From a virus, in the IMG/VR virus record IMGVR_UViG_3300005590_000001, positions 1 through 64,000 of that record: 64,000 bases of DNA. One strand, 5' to 3'. Both the position numbers and the translations under genes were made by a program. Below are positions 58,605 through 64,000 of this stretch, piece after piece; position 1 is the first letter of the stretch, and each line of letters starts with the position of its first letter. The notes under the pieces were generated by a model that saw only the letters and a list, made by a program, of their open reading frames with translations, searched no databases and was not told the DNA's origin.

Positions 58605-60619
58605 GATATCTCCTGAATTTCTTTTTCAAACAGAATTCTATCTCTAACCTTCATCAGACAAAGCCCAAGCAAATTTTTACCCAACCACTTATCTGGGTCA
58701 CCTATCCTAGGATCATCGGCAGATAAACCAACACCCCAAATCTTATCATAAGGACTAGCTTCAATCAATACTGTATCATTAGTTGCTAGCAATCTTTCTT
58801 TAAGATCCTCATTCTGATTAAATTTCAACATATTAATGGAATTAACTATTTTTTTGTTAGATACACTCCACATATATTCATTGAAATTTTTTACCTGTCT
58901 TCCTAATTTTTTAACTTCATTTGGATCGTGTGTCTTTAAAATTCTTTCTTTAATTTGATGATCATCAAACAAATTTGCTTTCATAAACATCATAGCTTGT
59001 TCAGCAGATGTAAATTTACATTCCTCTCCACCAAGCATCATTTTAAAATTACATCTAAACCATTGACTTAAAAATCCATATTCTTCATTTACTCTGAAAA
59101 ATGTAATAAATTTTTTACCATTCCTCAAAGCAGATTTCATTCTTTTTTCTGTTTTCTTAAAGGTGTTATTTTTATTATACTTATCTCTTATATTTCCAAT
59201 TTCTACCTTAAGTATTTTTTCTTCCGGAGTCATTGTAAGAGATTTATAAAGACCCATACCATCTTTTATCAATATATCCTTATTGATATCATATTTGCTC
59301 AATTGAACACGATATACATGATCTAAAGCTTTACCCATTTCTGGTCCCGGCTTAGCACCAGCTTTAATCAAATCATAACCACTGACTTTTCGAGGCTCTT
59401 TGTCAAACAACACATTAAATTTAGACGCAGTCTCTTCTAAATTATGAATGAAGGCAACATGCTGATCATCTGGCAATTTATCACCGCGACCAAACATATC
59501 AGAGCGTACAAGCATCAACAATTCTGAAATATTTGTGCCAAACTCACTAAGTTTGAACGCTAATTTCTTAATATTTTTTGATGATAGTTTCATATTACTA
59601 TCAAGCATATGATACTTAGTTAAACCCTTAACTGGTCTAACATACATATTTGGAACACCAATCTGTTCAAAGAAATCATCAATAATATCATCGGCGATTC
59701 TTTCGTGATTGTGTGAAGCAATATGGCCTTTATGCAATTTGGTAGTTTTATACTTACCAATATCATGACACAATGCTGCAAAAAACATTTGAATACTATA
59801 ATCTGTATTAAAAATATTTCTTTGTGCAAGAATCGCATACATCATATCAACAACATGACATGTATGTGTGAAGACATCACCTTCTGGGTGATATTCTGAA
59901 TCTTGCGGCGTAAAAATCATTTGCTGAAGAGCAGGCGTATACGATAGCCAACCAGTATTATTCAAAAATTGCAATGCTCGACTCGGTTGAATAGAAGTTG
60001 CAATCTTTTTCCACTCTCCCCAGATTCTCTCTTTTGAGATTGTATAATAATCTCTATGCAGAATTTTAGAATATGTTATCAAATCTGCAGATGGTTCAAA
60101 TTGAAATCGTGCAAGAAATTGTGCCGCACGAAGAACACGCAATGGGTCTTCACAAAATTTTGCCGAAGTTGGATGCAAGATACCATCTTTAAGATTTTTT
60201 TGACCGCCGTAATGATCAATAATAGTGCCATCAAAACTCATCAACATAGAATTTATAGTAAAATCTCTACGAAGACAGGCTTCTTTTGTACTAGTATCTT
60301 TATCGGCGATTATTTTAAAATCTTTATGCGATGGTCCAGTGCTCTTTTCTCTTCTCGGCAAACTAAAATCAAATTCGCCGTCATCATTCGTCAACTTATG
60401 TACAAAAAAAGATTCGCCGTGAGAACTTACTTTACCATATTTTGACAAGGTCTCAACCAAATCTGCCGAATGAACATCATAGACCTCAACGTCCCAATCC
60501 TTTGGTTCATAACCAAGCAAAATATCTCTTACACAACCACCAGCCATAAACAATCTCGCCGAATAACCAGATTGTTTTAGCTCATTCTCAATTTTGAGAA
60601 GGGTCAAAGGAATATCCAT
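58601..60619 (-). CDS. cca: CCA-adding tRNA nucleotidyltransferase (NTase + HD) fused to a C-terminal NADAR domain
   Basis: GGCVRD, DWDV, RRDFTIN, EDPLRVLR, ERIW, YHPEGDV, LCHDIGK; then LSQWF, SAEQAMM..KA, KLGRQV, EASPYDKIWGVG, GKNLLG..LM.VR. Confidence 0.9.
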   Translation of the reverse strand: MDIPLTLLKIENELKQSGYSARLFMAGGCVRDILLGYEPKDWDVEVYDVHSADLVETLSKYGKVSSHGESFFVHKLTNDDGEFDFSLPRREKSTGPSHKDFKIIADKDTSTKEACLRRDFTINSMLMSFDGTIIDHYGGQKNLKDGILHPTSAKFCEDPLRVLRAAQFLARFQFEPSADLITYSKILHRDYYTISKERIWGEWKKIATSIQPSRALQFLNNTGWLSYTPALQQMIFTPQDSEYHPEGDVFTHTCHVVDMMYAILAQRNIFNTDYSIQMFFAALCHDIGKYKTTKLHKGHIASHNHERIADDIIDDFFEQIGVPNMYVRPVKGLTKYHMLDSNMKLSSKNIKKLAFKLSEFGTNISELLMLVRSDMFGRGDKLPDDQHVAFIHNLEETASKFNVLFDKEPRKVSGYDLIKAGAKPGPEMGKALDHVYRVQLSKYDINKDILIKDGMGLYKSLTMTPEEKILKVEIGNIRDKYNKNNTFKKTEKRMKSALRNGKKFITFFRVNEEYGFLSQWFRCNFKMMLGGEECKFTSAEQAMMFMKANLFDDHQIKERILKTHDPNEVKKLGRQVKNFNEYMWSVSNKKIVNSINMLKFNQNEDLKERLLATNDTVLIEASPYDKIWGVGLSADDPRIGDPDKWLGKNLLGLCLMKVRDRILFEKEIQEIS

Positions 60620-60846
60620 TATACTTCTTCTTGTGTAAATTTGTAGTTATGCGTACGCAAAAAGGTCAACAAATTAGGCAAGGTAACCAAACGAATCAAT
60701 GTCCCGTGCCTTCTAGAACCCTTCATTCGCTTTGCATCAATCCATTTTGCAACTGTTCTGGGTGCAACACCCATTATAGCTGCAATATCAGCACTTGTAA
60801 AGACAAATTTATTTACCGGAATTACCAAGAGATCTGATGAAAGCAT
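60619..60846 (-). CDS. Excisionase-like HTH_17 DNA-binding protein
   Basis: VFTSADIAAIMGVAPRTVAKWID. Confidence 0.8.
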   Translation of the reverse strand: MLSSDLLVIPVNKFVFTSADIAAIMGVAPRTVAKWIDAKRMKGSRRHGTLIRLVTLPNLLTFLRTHNYKFTQEEV

Positions 60847-61216
60847 TATAAATCCTTTGTGCGCGACCCCGTTCTAGATTACTTGTAGCACACATAAAAG
60901 CTTCAAACCGTCTTTGTGTTTTATTGCAAACGACCTCTAGAAAACTTTCCCACGATTCAGATTCTGGGATATGAAACTTCGAATTACCCACGATAAACAA
61001 ATCTGGTAAAACATTCCACTCTTCAAGACCCGCATTCAAATCATTTAGAAATGCCATTGCTGGATCATATGATTTAAACCAAAAGGTATCTTTTACTCCT
61101 GAATTCACAATGATTTCACGTTCTTTTACCGTAAATGGTCGAAGATTAAGACGTTTATGCATATCTTCATTGAGAACCCTTGTCAGTCCACGAAAATCAT
61201 CTAATAGTAAAATCAT
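60809..61216 (-). CDS. Possible receiver-like (cyclic-phosphate processing Rec) protein
   Basis: MILLLDDFR N-terminus only. Confidence 0.3.
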   Translation of the reverse strand: MILLLDDFRGLTRVLNEDMHKRLNLRPFTVKEREIIVNSGVKDTFWFKSYDPAMAFLNDLNAGLEEWNVLPDLFIVGNSKFHIPESESWESFLEVVCNKTQRRFEAFMCATSNLERGRAQRIYNAFIRSLGNSGK

Positions 61217-61356
61217 TACCAATCCTCATCTTCATCTTCGTAATAATCATCCTCATCATCATAAAAATCTTCGTCTTCTTCGTCCCAATAATTATCTTCT
61301 TCATCCCAATCTTCTTCACCCTCAACCCAATCGTCTTCTTCATCAGTCATTGGCAT
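61216..61356 (-). CDS. 46-aa hyper-acidic microprotein, absent from the ORF track
   Basis: MPMTDEEDDWVEGEEDWDEEDNYWDEEDEDFYDDEDDYYEDEDEDW; GGAGA RBS; TAATG overlap with the next gene. Confidence 0.7.
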   Translation of the reverse strand: MPMTDEEDDWVEGEEDWDEEDNYWDEEDEDFYDDEDDYYEDEDEDW

Positions 61357-62106
61357 TGTTCATCTCCCGAAATTTAACAGTAAACTGAGAACCCCTTGGT
61401 CCACAACGTTTAATTTTAGTCTGAAATTTATCAGACAATTCTGCAGTTTTCATTTGTGCATCAACATAATTATTCAGAGGTTTTGTTTTGTTCCACTTCA
61501 TTTATATTAAATCCTTTGCTGAAAAAAGCATCAATGTCTTCTAAAGAAGACATATCAATTGCATTACCAAGCCGACGCAATTCATCCCAAATCAACTGTA
61601 TTTCAATTTCAAGTTCTGCTGAAGTTCTCATAATTGGACCTGTTCGGAATCGAACCGAAGTCTTACCCGCTACTAGAATACCCGTAGTCTTTTGCTTGAG
61701 CATTTATCTACGTTACAGTCCCACCTGTAGATATCTATTTACACGAATAATCAAAACCAGTCAGGCCCCAGTTCGGACAAACGTTATTCGCACGTTACAT
61801 GCTTAGAAAGAAATTCGAAAAATAAACCAAGATTTTCATCCTTGTAAAAAGGATCACACTTCATATTTGTAACATCAGGCATATTCTTATACCTTGCACG
61901 GTACAGATTATACGCCCATTGTCCACGCCGTAAATGATTTGGTGGATCTTGCGTATAAATCTCTATAACAAATTGACCAAGTTGTTCAGGAGTCATTCTG
62001 ATCCTTTATGTCTTCAAGAGTTTCTTGAGCCTTAGATGCCTTGCGTTGAAAATCTAACGCAATGATCATCAGTATAACAAACCAAAACAAAGGAGATTCA
62101 AACATA

Positions 62107-62841
62107 TTATCTGTATCCTAAATTTTGCAGGTGCTTAAATCTGTCGGCAAGATTATACGACGACTTACCGTTAAATGAAACAATCATAGGATGTGCCAAT
62201 CCTTTTTCTTTATAAGACAATAACAGCTGAGTCTGCTTTTTTGTCATTATATGCAAACATGTAGCAAAAGCATTTGCGTTTGGATTCTTTGCAAATGCGG
62301 CAACATAATATGGCAATATATTATATTTCTGCACATCTTTTACATTACGCGCAGCAACAAAATTAGTTAGAATAACAGCATCTTTGTCGGTAGATCTACT
62401 AAAATTTTCGATCCATTCTTGCATACATTGTGACAGATAACTACATGTATCCAAATATGCAAGATCTACCGTTGTTTGTCGTAAATGTGTTAGAGCTACA
62501 TTCAAATCAAAAGTGTTGACATCAGTTAACTTTTTGCCGAAAACAAAAACTTTTGTAAAACCCATTGATTCAAGAGTCTTACGTACTTCATCCACCTTAT
62601 TCTTATTGTATTCTACAGCAATGATCGCCGTGTCTAAATCTATCAACCCAAATTCAAGTGCTGATTTGATACAAACACATGTGGTGGATGGCAAACAAAA
62701 AAAACATTTGAAAACTCTTTGACGATATTGCGTCTTAACCGCCGCAAACAGACCCTGAGTAATTTTTTTCTTAATAGGTCTATCTTTAGTTGTGTCAAAC
62801 ATTCTACCACCTATTAACAGGAACAACCGTGCAAGTACCAT
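62107..62841 (-). CDS. Hypothetical protein, possible Rossmann methyltransferase fold
   Basis: IIAVEYN and VDLAYLDTC strands. Confidence 0.4.
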   Translation of the reverse strand: MVLARLFLLIGGRMFDTTKDRPIKKKITQGLFAAVKTQYRQRVFKCFFCLPSTTCVCIKSALEFGLIDLDTAIIAVEYNKNKVDEVRKTLESMGFTKVFVFGKKLTDVNTFDLNVALTHLRQTTVDLAYLDTCSYLSQCMQEWIENFSRSTDKDAVILTNFVAARNVKDVQKYNILPYYVAAFAKNPNANAFATCLHIMTKKQTQLLLSYKEKGLAHPMIVSFNGKSSYNLADRFKHLQNLGYR

Positions 62842-63054
62842 CCGCCGTATTCAATTGAAGCTTAATGGTTTCACCATATTTAATGAAATTTTCAGCTACT
62901 TTCTTTACAAGTTCTTTCTCATCTTCTGTAAGATGATCAATCGCAGGATCAAGACAATTAGGTGTTTTTACTATAAACTGAATTGAGATTGGTTCTGGAC
63001 ACTCTTGACTTCCCGGTTTACCCGGTGACGGAAATTCTCCAGCTGCATTAAACA

Positions 63055-63297
63055 TCAACAGACTTCCTTGATAATGACATAATCAGTTTCTGTTACGCCA
63101 AAATATTTCTTGTTCACCTCAAACTCAATATCATCGTAACGACCAACAAATTTGAAAGCATATTCACCAGCTTCTTGCAAAGTATCAAAGACATGATTAT
63201 GATAATCACTAAAAGCTTCATCTTCTAAAAATAAGACAGCTGGTTCTTCTGTTGATTCAGAATAATTGTCACCGGAGAAAACTGCATATTGCATCAT
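63055..63297 (-). CDS. Acidic hypothetical protein
   Basis: Start moved to MMQYAV because the upstream region is a tRNA remnant. Confidence 0.55.
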   Translation of the reverse strand: MMQYAVFSGDNYSESTEEPAVLFLEDEAFSDYHNHVFDTLQEAGEYAFKFVGRYDDIEFEVNKKYFGVTETDYVIIKEVC

Positions 63298-63312
63298 TAC
63301 TCTCACACAAAA

Positions 63313-63349
63313 CTGGCCCAGCAGGATTCGAACCTGCAACCTAGCGATT
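63313..63349 (-). pseudogene. tRNA 3' half (Asn-like, G discriminator) disrupted by the HNH gene
   Basis: AATCGCT-AGGTT-GCAGG-TTCGAAT-CCTGC-TGGGCCA-G; 5' remnant TGGCGTAGCTCAAT at 63777-63764. Confidence 0.7.
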
Positions 63350-63404
63350 TTAATCCCTTTATAAATCGAAATAATGGTAAAATTTTTTATGTTATACCAA
63401 AATT

Positions 63405-63415
63405 TGTGTAATACA
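63405..63415 (+). promoter_or_regulatory. TGTGTAATACA putative phage promoter
   Basis: Motif followed by an AGGAGG RBS and the HNH ATG. Confidence 0.5.
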
Positions 63416-63429
63416 TTTAGGAGGAATCT

Positions 63430-63768
63430 ATGAAAAAAAATATCAAAAAACAATGTAAAACACACGGATTAACTGATTTTATTTTAGAAGGACGTGGCTA
63501 TTATCGTTGTAAAAAATGTAGAAGTGCGTCTGTAACAAAATATCGCACAAAAATGAAAATTAAAGCTGTTCAATATAAAGGCGGTAAGTGTGAACGCTGT
63601 GGATATGATCGTAGCATTGCTGCATTAGAATTTCACCATAAAGATCCAACACAAAAAGATTTTGAAATTTCAACAACTGGTTGTACTAGATCATGGGAAA
63701 AAATAAAAGCGGAAGTCAATAAATGTGAATTATTGTGTGCTAACTGCCATCGCGAAATTCATAATTGA
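63430..63768 (+). CDS. HNH endonuclease
   Basis: CKTHG, CKKC, CERCGY, LEFHHKDP, LLCANCHREIH. Confidence 0.88.
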   Translation: MKKNIKKQCKTHGLTDFILEGRGYYRCKKCRSASVTKYRTKMKIKAVQYKGGKCERCGYDRSIAALEFHHKDPTQKDFEISTTGCTRSWEKIKAEVNKCELLCANCHREIHN

Positions 63769-63785
63769 GCTACGCCATTGATGAA

Positions 63786-63998
63786 TTATAATTCATTATC
63801 AACTGTCAAGATTATTCTATAAGTAACACCATCCACTTCAAACAAAAGTTCTGGCATGCATAAAGTACCTCTACCAACCAAACCAACATTAGCCCCACTT
63901 TTTTCAAGTAAAGGCTTAATAGATGTTTTAAGCAGATTCATAGCCAGCTTATTTCTCTGCTCTCTTTGCTCAGCATGTTTTCTATCACGTTCCCGCTC
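63786..63998 (-). CDS. 5'-truncated hypothetical protein
   Basis: Open frame from the window end to TAA at 63786-63788. Confidence 0.5.
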   Translation of the reverse strand, partial: ERERDRKHAEQREQRNKLAMNLLKTSIKPLLEKSGANVGLVGRGTLCMPELLFEVDGVTYRIILTVDNEL

Positions 63999-64000
63999 TG

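Noticed and set aside
61110-61388. His-rich and Ile/Phe-rich + strand ORFs
   Set aside because: These are antisense shadows of the GAY/GAR-rich acidic microprotein.
7048-62986. Numerous short + strand ORFs inside minus-strand genes
   Set aside because: They are shadow ORFs with no RBS or motifs; past 4.5 kb only the four endonuclease genes are credible on the + strand.
63313-63777. Intron-containing functional tRNA spanning the HNH gene
   Set aside because: The 5' remnant cannot form a full acceptor or D stem, and there are no P/Q/R/S elements. The GCGAT/ATCGC pairing overlaps the conserved CHREIH codons and may be chance.
1-64000. CRISPR array or rRNA
   Set aside because: No regularly spaced direct repeats or rRNA-like sequence were seen.

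Overview
An AT-rich segment of a large (jumbo-type) tailed phage genome. A host in the Planctomycetota is weakly suggested by one HTH gene. A short + strand module (intein-containing papain-like peptidase, thioredoxin-methyltransferase fusion) ends at a bidirectional terminator near 4.5 kb. The rest is a dense minus-strand accessory region. It holds a glycosylation cluster (about 6-23 kb), nucleotide metabolism genes (dCMP deaminase, thyX) and an apparently complete ubiquitin-like conjugation module (Ubl fusion, three E2-like proteins, JAB, ThiF/E1; 33.8-38.6 kb). It also holds a Prs-like plus NAMPT-like pair resembling NARP1 and an RNA/tRNA repair set (PseT-like Pnkp, RNA ligase, RlaP-like NTase, CCA-adding enzyme fused to NADAR). 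Five tRNA genes lack an encoded CCA. Mobile elements are abundant: three cis inteins, one naturally split intein that fractures the RNA ligase around an antisense endonuclease, an ORF-less group I intron at the atypical tRNA-Leu(UAA) position 27/28, and antisense HNH genes sitting at broken tRNA genes. The four antisense endonuclease genes share a TGYGTAATAHA upstream motif. All calls come from reading motifs by eye; no searches were run.
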